A stretch of DNA of 15,633 nt, taken from positions 1 to 15,633 of the forward strand of contig JAGVWJ010000061.1 in assembly GCA_018304385.1 (NCBI GenBank). Direction: 5' to 3'. Under the pieces are notes generated by a model, which worked only from the letters and a program-made list of their open reading frames with translations, was not told the DNA's origin and searched no databases. The position numbers and the translations under genes were made by a program. Source of the DNA: Candidatus Micrarchaeota archaeon. GTDB lineage: Archaea; Micrarchaeota; Micrarchaeia; Anstonellales; Bilamarchaeaceae. How positions within the stretch are numbered: the stretch's first letter is position 1; each line of letters opens with the position of its first letter. This document shows positions 1-7,214 of this stretch, piece by piece.

Positions 1-1464
1 GGTCCTAATGGATGCAGCGGCGTTGAAAAATGCACTAGCTATTGCCTAGCAAACGTTTTTGATTGTAAGGCATGGTGCGAATTGAACAACGAAAACAAGG
101 CAGTATGCGATAAATATGGAATAAAAATAACTATTCCATCAGGCATCCCAGATAGCCCGTGTGCAAAGGATGATGATTGCCAGAGTGGGCTTATATGTTT
201 GGATTATAAGTGTGCCCCACCAACACCAGCAAACATGGCGAAAAAATCCGACTTTAAGATGCCAGGGGGATGTACCACAATGCAGGAATGCGCCAGCTAT
301 TGCGCAAAGCCAGAGAACAACAAGGCATGTACTAGTTTTTGTGAAAGCTTCCCAAGCTTTTGCGGTGACCTTAGCAAGCTAAAGGCTGCTAATGCCCCAG
401 AGGAATGCAAGGAATGTGTAAAATGTGAGGAAACCGCTGAACCTAAGGACTGCATATTGGATTGTACATATACCTGCTATGCTTACATGCCATTTGAAAA
501 ACAAAATGTTGAGGAACTGAAAAAAGATGTTACATTTGAGCGCAAATACCAAACTCCTATAAAAGCAGTATGGGAACCAGGTCCGGCTAATAACCGTAAT
601 GGAATAATGTATTTTATTGATTACTACAAAGAGCTCGGAATTAATACATACAGCATAACTCCAAAATACAATCATAAAGATGGCAAGCTCATACATGTAG
701 CTGATTACGTAATAGGTGAGGAAGCAGCAGATAATGAGAAAATAGCGAACATAATACGCGCAAAAAAAGCAGGATTGCAGGTTGTCCTTGTTGCACATGA
801 TCTTTATGATATGTTCCCAGATGTTTCAGGGAAAGATCCAAACCTAAATCCAGCAATGTATTATGATGATATAGAAAAAACAGCATTAAAGTGGGCGCAG
901 GTTGCAGAGGATTATAAGGTTGAATATTTCGTTCCAGTAAATGAATTTGAATATGTACTTTATGAGAATGGTTATTCTGCAGAAGAGTCATGTAGGATAA
1001 CGAATGGGTTATACAAACAAATAATTCCAAAGGTGCGCGAGGTATATAAGGGCAAAATTTATTGCAGAGTGGGTGGCATGGATGCAAAATTCTCATGTAT
1101 GGATTTCTCACAATGTGATATGTTCGGATTTACTTATGGTTTCAGTGGTGGTGATCCAAAATCCAACTTTGATGCTGCATTTACTGTTGGCGAAGAGGTT
1201 GCAGCACGAGATGGAAAGCCATACATAATGGCAGAAGCATTTAGCTTTAATTGGCAGGGATATAGTGCATGTGCTAATCTTCATTTGGCAGGGATTGAAT
1301 CATACAAGGCAAATGCGAAAAATGGCGCTGGTTATACGTTCATGGGTGTTGTACAGCGTGATCCTATAAACAAAAACGATTGCCCGATTGTCCATCCAGA
1401 GGTTAAAGGCACACTTGTTCCAGCATATAAGGAATTTTTCAAATGGATGGATCAGAATAGTTGA
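1..1464 (+). CDS. 5'-truncated Cys-rich repeat protein with a C-terminal glycoside-hydrolase-like (clan GH-A / GH113-like) TIM barrel
   Basis: Frame 1 is open from base 1 (GPNGCSGVEKCTSYCLANVFDCKAWCELNN...), so the listed TTG start at 82 is not the true start. A related Cys repeat is at 259-363 (MPGGCTTMQECASYCAKPENNKACTSFC). The C-terminal ~300 aa has GH-A-like segments KWAQVAEDYKVEYFVPVNEFE and YIMAEAF (candidate catalytic Glu residues). The family call is by resemblance only. Confidence 0.6.
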   Translation, partial: GPNGCSGVEKCTSYCLANVFDCKAWCELNNENKAVCDKYGIKITIPSGIPDSPCAKDDDCQSGLICLDYKCAPPTPANMAKKSDFKMPGGCTTMQECASYCAKPENNKACTSFCESFPSFCGDLSKLKAANAPEECKECVKCEETAEPKDCILDCTYTCYAYMPFEKQNVEELKKDVTFERKYQTPIKAVWEPGPANNRNGIMYFIDYYKELGINTYSITPKYNHKDGKLIHVADYVIGEEAADNEKIANIIRAKKAGLQVVLVAHDLYDMFPDVSGKDPNLNPAMYYDDIEKTALKWAQVAEDYKVEYFVPVNEFEYVLYENGYSAEESCRITNGLYKQIIPKVREVYKGKIYCRVGGMDAKFSCMDFSQCDMFGFTYGFSGGDPKSNFDAAFTVGEEVAARDGKPYIMAEAFSFNWQGYSACANLHLAGIESYKANAKNGAGYTFMGVVQRDPINKNDCPIVHPEVKGTLVPAYKEFFKWMDQNS

Positions 1465-1502
1465 TTATGGTTTTGGTTTTTATTCTATTTAAGTTTATTT
1501 TC

Positions 1503-1527
1503 ATATAAAATGTTCGGTATACCGAAC
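1503..1527 (+). promoter_or_regulatory. TATA box followed by a perfect 16-bp palindromic operator upstream of the NRAMP gene
   Basis: ATATAAAA at 1503-1510; GTTCGGTATACCGAAC at 1512-1527 is its own reverse complement; ATG at 1539. Confidence 0.7.
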
Positions 1528-1538
1528 TTTGTGATGTT

Positions 1539-2771
1539 ATGAGTTTTCTAAAGCTGATATCTGATAAAAAATTCTGGTCATTCTTTGGTACTGGCCTTAT
1601 TGTTAGCGTAGCTTATATGGATCCTGGCAATTGGGGTACTTCAATAAGCAGCGGTGCTTCATTCAACTATGATCTGCTTTGGGTAATATGGCTTTCGAGC
1701 GGAATGGCAATGCTATTCCAGTATATTTCTGGTAAGATGGGTATTGTAGGCTATTCGCTTGCAGAGATTATAAAAATAAAATGGCAAAATAAATTTTTGG
1801 TATTTGGTTATTGGTTATTGGCAGAGATTGCGATACTCGCTACTGATCTTGCAGAATTTCTTGGTATAGTAGTTGCACTGAATCTTTTGTTCGGGATTCC
1901 AATGCTGCTTGGCGCGTTTATCGCAATTGCAGATGTGCTGCTTCTATTATTTTTAACAAGAAAAACTTTTAGAACGCTTGAGTATGCATTCATATTATTT
2001 GTATCAATAATTGGAATTGGTTATGTTTATGAATTATTAATTACAAAACCAGATTTTGGGCTTATTGCGATACATTCCATAAAACCTATTTTGAGCGCAG
2101 AAACAATCCTTCTTGCGGTTGGGATAATTGGCGCAACAGTAATGCCACACGCATTATTTGTTCATTCCTGGCTAATGAAAAATAAAATGAAAGAAAAAGG
2201 CTTTGGATTAGATAAGAGAATTGCACTCCGCTACCATCTTTTCGATAATGTTTTCTCTCTTATAATAGCAGGTTTGATCAATGCAGCAATTTTAATAATG
2301 GCTGCAGCAGCATTTTATAATTCTGGTTTTGAAGTTGCAACAATTGACCAGGCATATAGAACGCTTACTCCTTTATTCGGCAGTTTAGCAGCAACTATTT
2401 TTGCTATTGCATTGCTTTCAGCTGGAGTTTCATCTTCGATCACTGGTACGCTTGCAGGTCAGAGCATAATGGAAAGCCTTACTGATTTTAAATTAAGCAT
2501 TACTGTCCGCAGGATAATAACTCGTGCTATTAATCTAATTCCTGTACTTATTGCGATTCTATTGAATATTGAACCATTGCAAATATTGGTTTATAGCCAG
2601 GTTGCATTAAGCCTGCTGATACCGCTTCCTCTTATTCCTCTTATATATTATAGTGCAGATAAGAGACTGATGGGTGTTTTTGTCAATAAAAAGGTTACTA
2701 CTGTACTTGCAACAATATTTGCACTAATTATACTAGCTTTTAATGGGTATTTATTATATCAGCTAGTTTGA
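1539..2771 (+). CDS. mntH: NRAMP-family divalent metal (Mn2+/Fe2+) transporter
   Basis: 410 aa, highly hydrophobic, with the NRAMP signatures AYMDPGNW (TM1) and GATVMPHALFVHS (TM6). Confidence 0.95.
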   Translation: MSFLKLISDKKFWSFFGTGLIVSVAYMDPGNWGTSISSGASFNYDLLWVIWLSSGMAMLFQYISGKMGIVGYSLAEIIKIKWQNKFLVFGYWLLAEIAILATDLAEFLGIVVALNLLFGIPMLLGAFIAIADVLLLLFLTRKTFRTLEYAFILFVSIIGIGYVYELLITKPDFGLIAIHSIKPILSAETILLAVGIIGATVMPHALFVHSWLMKNKMKEKGFGLDKRIALRYHLFDNVFSLIIAGLINAAILIMAAAAFYNSGFEVATIDQAYRTLTPLFGSLAATIFAIALLSAGVSSSITGTLAGQSIMESLTDFKLSITVRRIITRAINLIPVLIAILLNIEPLQILVYSQVALSLLIPLPLIPLIYYSADKRLMGVFVNKKVTTVLATIFALIILAFNGYLLYQLV

Positions 2772-2792
2772 TATATTAATACCGTAGAAATA

Positions 2793-2926
2793 TCTCGAAC
2801 GACCGACGCAGCCCTAGTCTTTATTAGACTGCGTCACTATAGGCTTCATAAGTAAAACTACGTCTTCGCCAGAATGTTTGATTGTGCAAGTTTCTATAGT
2901 CAGGCGCTTGTCGTTGGACTTTGAGA
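2793..2926. ncRNA. Candidate ~135-nt structured RNA (three-way junction), identity unknown
   Basis: Nested complementary segments: TCTCG 2793-97/TGAGA 2922-26; AACGAC 2798-2803/GTCGTT 2910-15; GACGC 2805-09/GCGTC 2831-35; AGTCT 2816-20/AGACT 2826-30; ACTATAG 2836-42/CTATAGT 2894-2900. Followed by a T8 run at 2941-2948. Confidence 0.4.
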
Positions 2927-2992
2927 AACCTTTTTAATCCTTTTTTTTCTAAAGAGGTACAAACTAACTTACAGCTTAGAGCAGGTGAAACT

Positions 2993-4090
2993 ATGTCTAT
3001 TAAAAATGATGAATTTGGACCAGAACGCGTTATCGAGGTTTATGATCAAAAAACAGGTATGTGGGGTGTGCTTGTTGTTGATAATACTGCACGTGGCCCA
3101 GGTAAGGGTGGCATGAGGTTTGTGCCAGATGTTACAACTGAAGAGGTATTTGGATTAGCTCGTGCAATGACTTGGAAAAATGCATTGGCTGAGATTCCTT
3201 TTGGCGGTGCGAAGTCAGGCATTCGTGGCGATCCAAAAACAGTGAATAAAGAAGCCTTTATACGCGCGTTTGCAAGAAAGATAAAACCGTTTATCCCAGA
3301 TTATTATATCGGTGGCCCGGATATGAATACCACTGAAAAAGAAATGGCAATCTTTGCTGATGAGGTTGGAACACCATTGGCTGCTACTGGAAAACCATCT
3401 AGCATTGGAGGTTTGCCACACGAACTTGGGAGTACTGGCTTTGGTGTTTATTGCGCAACGCTTGTTGCTGCTGGCTTTGTTAATATTGATCTCAACAAAT
3501 TGACTGTAGCAATTGAAGGATTCGGAAATGTTGGAACATTCACTATGAAATATTTAACAGATAAGGGGATAGATGTAGTTGCGGTTAGCGATTCAAAAGG
3601 AACAATATATAATGAAAATGGTTTGGATTTTGAAAATTTACTTGATACTAAATCGAAAAAGGGCACAGTAACTGCATATAAGGATGGAAAAATACTATCC
3701 GCAGAGGATTTATTCAAATTAAATGTTAATGTATTGATTCCTGGCGCACGACCAAATGTTATTCATGCAAAAAATGTAAATGATGTAAAGGCGCAAATAA
3801 TTGTTGAGGCTGCAAATATCCCAATGGAATATGAAATTGAAAAGGTATTAATGAAAAAAGGAAAGATGGTTATTCCAGATTTTGTTGCAAATGCTGGCGG
3901 CGTTATTAGCAGTTATTGCGAGTGGCGCGGTTATAATGAGAAAGAGATGTTCAAGATTGTTGAAGAAAAAATAATTAATAATACCGAACTGGTTTTGAAC
4001 AAGACAGTTGGAAATGATACGCGTGCTGCTGCGCTTGCAATTGCAAAAGAAAGAGTGAGCGATGCGATGAGCAAACGCGGTTGGAAGTAG
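2993..4090 (+). CDS. gdhA: Glu/Leu/Phe/Val dehydrogenase, most likely glutamate dehydrogenase
   Basis: Motifs GPGKGGMRF, MTWKNALAEIPFGGAKSG, GPDMNT, Rossmann GFGNVG, IVEAAN and PDFVANAGGV. Start moved to ATG 2993 because GGTGA lies at 2984-2988. Confidence 0.9.
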   Translation: MSIKNDEFGPERVIEVYDQKTGMWGVLVVDNTARGPGKGGMRFVPDVTTEEVFGLARAMTWKNALAEIPFGGAKSGIRGDPKTVNKEAFIRAFARKIKPFIPDYYIGGPDMNTTEKEMAIFADEVGTPLAATGKPSSIGGLPHELGSTGFGVYCATLVAAGFVNIDLNKLTVAIEGFGNVGTFTMKYLTDKGIDVVAVSDSKGTIYNENGLDFENLLDTKSKKGTVTAYKDGKILSAEDLFKLNVNVLIPGARPNVIHAKNVNDVKAQIIVEAANIPMEYEIEKVLMKKGKMVIPDFVANAGGVISSYCEWRGYNEKEMFKIVEEKIINNTELVLNKTVGNDTRAAALAIAKERVSDAMSKRGWK

Positions 4091-4122
4091 CGTTTGCTCA
4101 GATTTGCTCAGCAGAGCAAACG
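4091..4122. repeat. Intergenic inverted repeat with an internal direct duplication
   Basis: CGTTTGCTC 4091-99 / GAGCAAACG 4114-22; TTTGCTCAG occurs twice (4093, 4103). It begins right after the gdhA stop codon. Confidence 0.55.
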
Positions 4123-4179
4123 GATGGAAAAACGCGGATGGAAGATATATTTTTATTTACTTTTAACTCTTATTTTAAT

Positions 4180-5025
4180 ATGAAAAAACTTGGTTTTCTT
4201 TTTCTACTTTTATCACTCCCATCATTTGCTTCTATCATTAATTGGGAACAGAAGTTCGATGTTAATAAAAATGGAGAAATTGAAGGGTCTATAATTATTA
4301 ATACAAATACCTCAAATGAGATACAGTTATTTTTCTCTCAACAGTTTGATAAAATAGAAGTATTAGATGGAACTTTATTTCAAATACCTTACTCATATGC
4401 AAATAATACATTAACTTTTACACCTCCGCTTGACAAGGTTGAAATTCGATTTAAAAGTAACTTCTTTACTTCTAAAGAAAAAAATCACTGGAAATTAAAT
4501 ATTACTATGAAGAGCAGCGAAGCAATAGAAAAATTCTCTGCACATGCAAAATTACCTCCTAGCCAGGTAATAGCAACAAATGGACGTGTCTCAGCCAATA
4601 ATGGAATTGAACTAATGTGGTCGCAGGAAAAATTGCCTGCAGATAAGTTGTTTAATTTGAGAGCTGAATATCAACAAAATGAAATTATATTCTTGAGCTT
4701 CTCTTGGTTCTGGATCGGTGCAGCTATTATTCTTATAATTGCAATTTGGTTTCTTTACAATCGCAAAAACGTGAAAAATAAAACTGCTGTTGACATGTCT
4801 GTTACTACTTTACAAAAACCACAAGGCTGGCATTTGCTTGAGCAAGAAGAGCAACAGATATTAGAGGAGATTTTGCGCACGGGTGGAAAATGCACACAGA
4901 GACATTTACAAACCTATACAAACTTACCAAAAGCAACGCTTTCACGAAGAATACAAAAGCTAGAGCGAAAAGAACTAATTATGCGCATACAAAAAGGAAA
5001 TACAAATGTCATTGCGTTAAAATAA
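4180..5025 (+). CDS. Membrane-anchored winged-HTH transcriptional regulator (COG2512-like architecture)
   Basis: From ATG 4180: signal peptide MKKLGFLFLLLSLPSFAS, ~150-aa extracellular domain, one TM helix (FSWFWIGAAIILIIAIWFLY), and C-terminal wHTH (GGKCTQRHLQTYTNLPKATLSRRIQKLERKELI). Confidence 0.8.
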   Translation: MKKLGFLFLLLSLPSFASIINWEQKFDVNKNGEIEGSIIINTNTSNEIQLFFSQQFDKIEVLDGTLFQIPYSYANNTLTFTPPLDKVEIRFKSNFFTSKEKNHWKLNITMKSSEAIEKFSAHAKLPPSQVIATNGRVSANNGIELMWSQEKLPADKLFNLRAEYQQNEIIFLSFSWFWIGAAIILIIAIWFLYNRKNVKNKTAVDMSVTTLQKPQGWHLLEQEEQQILEEILRTGGKCTQRHLQTYTNLPKATLSRRIQKLERKELIMRIQKGNTNVIALK

Positions 5026-5034
5026 ATTGTTTTA

Positions 5035-5097
5035 GTTTCAGTTTGTTTCAGGTTGTTCCGACGATGTTGTTCCACATAATATATAAATACCGTTCCA
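5035..5097 (+). promoter_or_regulatory. TATA box with adjacent short direct repeats
   Basis: TATAAATA at 5082-89; GTTGTTCC at 5052 and 5066; GTTTCAG at 5035 and 5045; GTTCCA again at 5092. Confidence 0.45.
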
Positions 5098-5151
5098 CTG
5101 CAGCAAGTTACGCTTCGTTTATATTTCGTATGCGAAGCGGAGGGAATTGAA

Positions 5152-6090
5152 ATGAATTGGAAAAACAGCGTGCTATTTGTGCTTGCGCTTTTGCTTATGG
5201 GCCCAATAGCGTTCGCCGATGAGACGAATAGTTCAGAAAACGAAAAGAATAATAAATATGGAATGCAGGCAAGGTATGACCATATTGTTTGTCAAACGGA
5301 TTTTGCAGCACATAGTGTTGATAATGTAGTTTCACATATACCTGACAAAGCAACAGAGTTAAATCCCTACAAAGATGGAATAGCAACTGGGGTATCAACT
5401 TTGAAAGGTTATTTGGATGCGATGGATAAAGAGGCATTTAATAAATACGTAAAAGGAACTCTCCATCCTAAATTAAGGGAATTATCAAAAGAAGTAAGGG
5501 ACTCTTATAAGGGTAAAAATAATAGAGGCATAGACAGGGAAACAAAACAAGCAATTCGTGATCAATTTAAAACTGATAAAAAGACAATGGCAACATGCAT
5601 CTCAAATACAACAAAAGATTTCGCACAAGGAAAAATTAAACACATGCGTGATGACTTAAAAGAATGGAATAAGAAAATAGATAATTTAAGTGCACGTGGT
5701 GTTGATGTTTCAGAATTGAAGCAAATAATAGGTGGTGCACAAGGGACTGTGGTTGAGCCTCTAGATAGTGAAGTTGAAACAGATGCACAAGGTGCAACGA
5801 AAAAGTTTTGTCTAGGAAATGGATGCAAGGATGGAACTAATTTTCATTTCTTTGCAAAAATGCATATCGCTAGATTGAATGCATTACTTGAGTATCTTGA
5901 AAACTCGGATAAAAATTTAGATGAGACTTTATTAGCACAAGTAAAGAGCGACATATCACTAGCTAGCTCAGCATTGAGTGATGTAGGTACATCAGCGTAC
6001 ACAGATCAAACTAAAGCAGCAGTTTGGGGCAATATCAAAAAAGCATCTGAAGATATGCGAGCATTAGTTAAGAGCGCTAGGAGTGGTTAA
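5152..6090 (+). CDS. Secreted, probably helical protein of unknown function
   Basis: 312 aa; signal peptide ending AFA; charged amphipathic sequence with 4 Cys; GGAGGG RBS at 5139-44. Confidence 0.8.
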   Translation: MNWKNSVLFVLALLLMGPIAFADETNSSENEKNNKYGMQARYDHIVCQTDFAAHSVDNVVSHIPDKATELNPYKDGIATGVSTLKGYLDAMDKEAFNKYVKGTLHPKLRELSKEVRDSYKGKNNRGIDRETKQAIRDQFKTDKKTMATCISNTTKDFAQGKIKHMRDDLKEWNKKIDNLSARGVDVSELKQIIGGAQGTVVEPLDSEVETDAQGATKKFCLGNGCKDGTNFHFFAKMHIARLNALLEYLENSDKNLDETLLAQVKSDISLASSALSDVGTSAYTDQTKAAVWGNIKKASEDMRALVKSARSG

Positions 6091-6387
6091 ATGAAAACAC
6101 TGTTAGTGCTTCTTGCTATTGGCTTGGTATTGTTGGCTGGATGTGCAGGCCAGGCGCAAAAAGATAGTAGCAAATCTTCTAGCGTTGGCAAAGACATAAA
6201 AGTAAGTGATTCGGACTTAGGTACAAATCCTCCAGCTGATGAGAATCAGTTGGATGACTTATCACTTCCAAAAGAACCTGATGTTGGCGGATCACTTGAC
6301 ACAATCCAAGAAAGCGATCTGCTTGTTGAAGAACAAAGCGATGAGCAAGCATTGGATGATTTAGAAATCCCATCCGAGCCAGGCTAA
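6091..6387 (+). CDS. Small acidic, low-complexity lipoprotein
   Basis: LAGC lipobox after a hydrophobic stretch; D/E/S-rich tail; ATG directly follows the upstream TAA. Confidence 0.8.
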   Translation: MKTLLVLLAIGLVLLAGCAGQAQKDSSKSSSVGKDIKVSDSDLGTNPPADENQLDDLSLPKEPDVGGSLDTIQESDLLVEEQSDEQALDDLEIPSEPG

Positions 6388-6405
6388 TTCTTTTTTTATT
6401 TTTTT
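6388..6405 (+). terminator. Oligo-T archaeal terminator
   Basis: TTCTTTTTTTATTTTTTT immediately after the stop at 6387, between convergent genes. Confidence 0.6.
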
Positions 6406-6410
6406 AATAA

Positions 6411-6773
6411 TTAACAATATTCTTCTATTCTCTCATGAATTAGTCGTGCAGGTACACTATCTTCACCAAGTGCTTTAGCCATTTCACGTGCCTTATGAGC
6501 ATTTTCTACTTCTGCATATTTTACTCCTGCTTCATAGAATCTGCCATTTCTTTCATCTTCTCTTGCTTCTGCTTCTAATGCTTCTCTTTCTCCTGGTTTA
6601 AATAAAATTTTTGTTTTTCTTCTTGGAGGTTCATAAACAGGTTCGAAACTGCATAAACTTAATGCGGCCGCAGCTACAAAAGGTTTAACTGCTCTTATGA
6701 CTCTATCACGCAATCTCTGGCCTACACCTTTATCTTCAGATCCACCCAATTTTCTAAAAGCTGTTCCAGTCAT
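6411..6773 (-). CDS. Hypothetical protein (~120 aa)
   Basis: Open frame with one short hydrophobic stretch. ATG 6773 is preferred over GTG 6782 because GGTGA lies just upstream. No family recognised. Confidence 0.6.
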   Translation of the reverse strand: MTGTAFRKLGGSEDKGVGQRLRDRVIRAVKPFVAAAALSLCSFEPVYEPPRRKTKILFKPGEREALEAEAREDERNGRFYEAGVKYAEVENAHKAREMAKALGEDSVPARLIHERIEEYC

Positions 6774-6869
6774 TAATATCACCCTATTTTAAGTATAACT
6801 TTTTTCTACACAAAACAATTTAAAAACCTACGTTTGCCATAAAAAACCACAATCATTTGGACCGTAACA

Positions 6870-6877
6870 TTTATAAA
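6870..6877 (+). promoter_or_regulatory. Probable TATA box of the 23S rRNA transcription unit
   Basis: TTTATAAA ~25 nt upstream of where the hairpin-rich leader begins (~6900). Confidence 0.55.
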
Positions 6878-6899
6878 TAAGTTCATTCATATTTAAAGT

Positions 6900-7214
6900 T
6901 CACTGATTCTAGTAATGAGAGCGTGCGAGCTCACGTTAAGTGAGCGAAGTTTCTTAGTGCGCAATGAAAATGACTAGCTAGATTCATGCAACGCAGAACA
7001 AGCAATTGTGCGCGTTGCTCTCTTCCGAATAGGAAGAAATCATGCGTGTGAAGTAATGACAAGAAATTCATAGTAATACACTTGAGGATCCTGAAATTCC
7101 GCAAGGAATTTTAGGAGCTAGTGATCGAAAGATCACTGGATAGTCCTCGGTATAAGAAGTGATTCATTTGCATTTAAACAAATGCAAATATTTGTCAACA
7201 ATAGTTGACAAATC
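6900..7214 (+). other. 5' external transcribed leader of pre-23S rRNA, highly structured
   Basis: Local hairpins GCTCAC/GTGAGC, GCAACGC/GCGTTGC, TCTTCC/GGAAGA. Long-range pairing to the 3' trailer: 7042-50/12041-49, 7051-73/12013-34 (one bulged T), 7156-63/12002-09. Confidence 0.75.
7082..7155 (+). mobile_element. 74-nt BHB-bounded intron-like element in the 23S leader, homologous to the intron at 11244-11477
   Basis: Central helix ATAC 7076-79/GTAT 7150-53, 5' bulge ACT, 3' bulge AAG, 7-bp inner helix TGAGGAT/GTCCTCG. Junctions TACAC|TTGA and GTATAA| are identical to those of the 11244-11477 intron, and 46 of 56 aligned positions of the internal module are identical. Confidence 0.65.

Noticed and set aside
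161-6373. Short alternative-frame or antisense ORFs within the left-flank genes (e.g. 161-382, 379-798, 689-1111, 1808-1993, 3215-3421, 3448-3717, 4890-5150, 5195-5437, 5562-5828, 6179-6373)
   Set aside because: They are shadows of longer, better supported CDSs and lack motifs or start signals.
7088-7143. Hammerhead ribozyme interpretation of the repeated two-hairpin module
   Set aside because: There is no CUGANGA core on either strand, and the GAAA here is a hairpin tetraloop rather than a junction strand.
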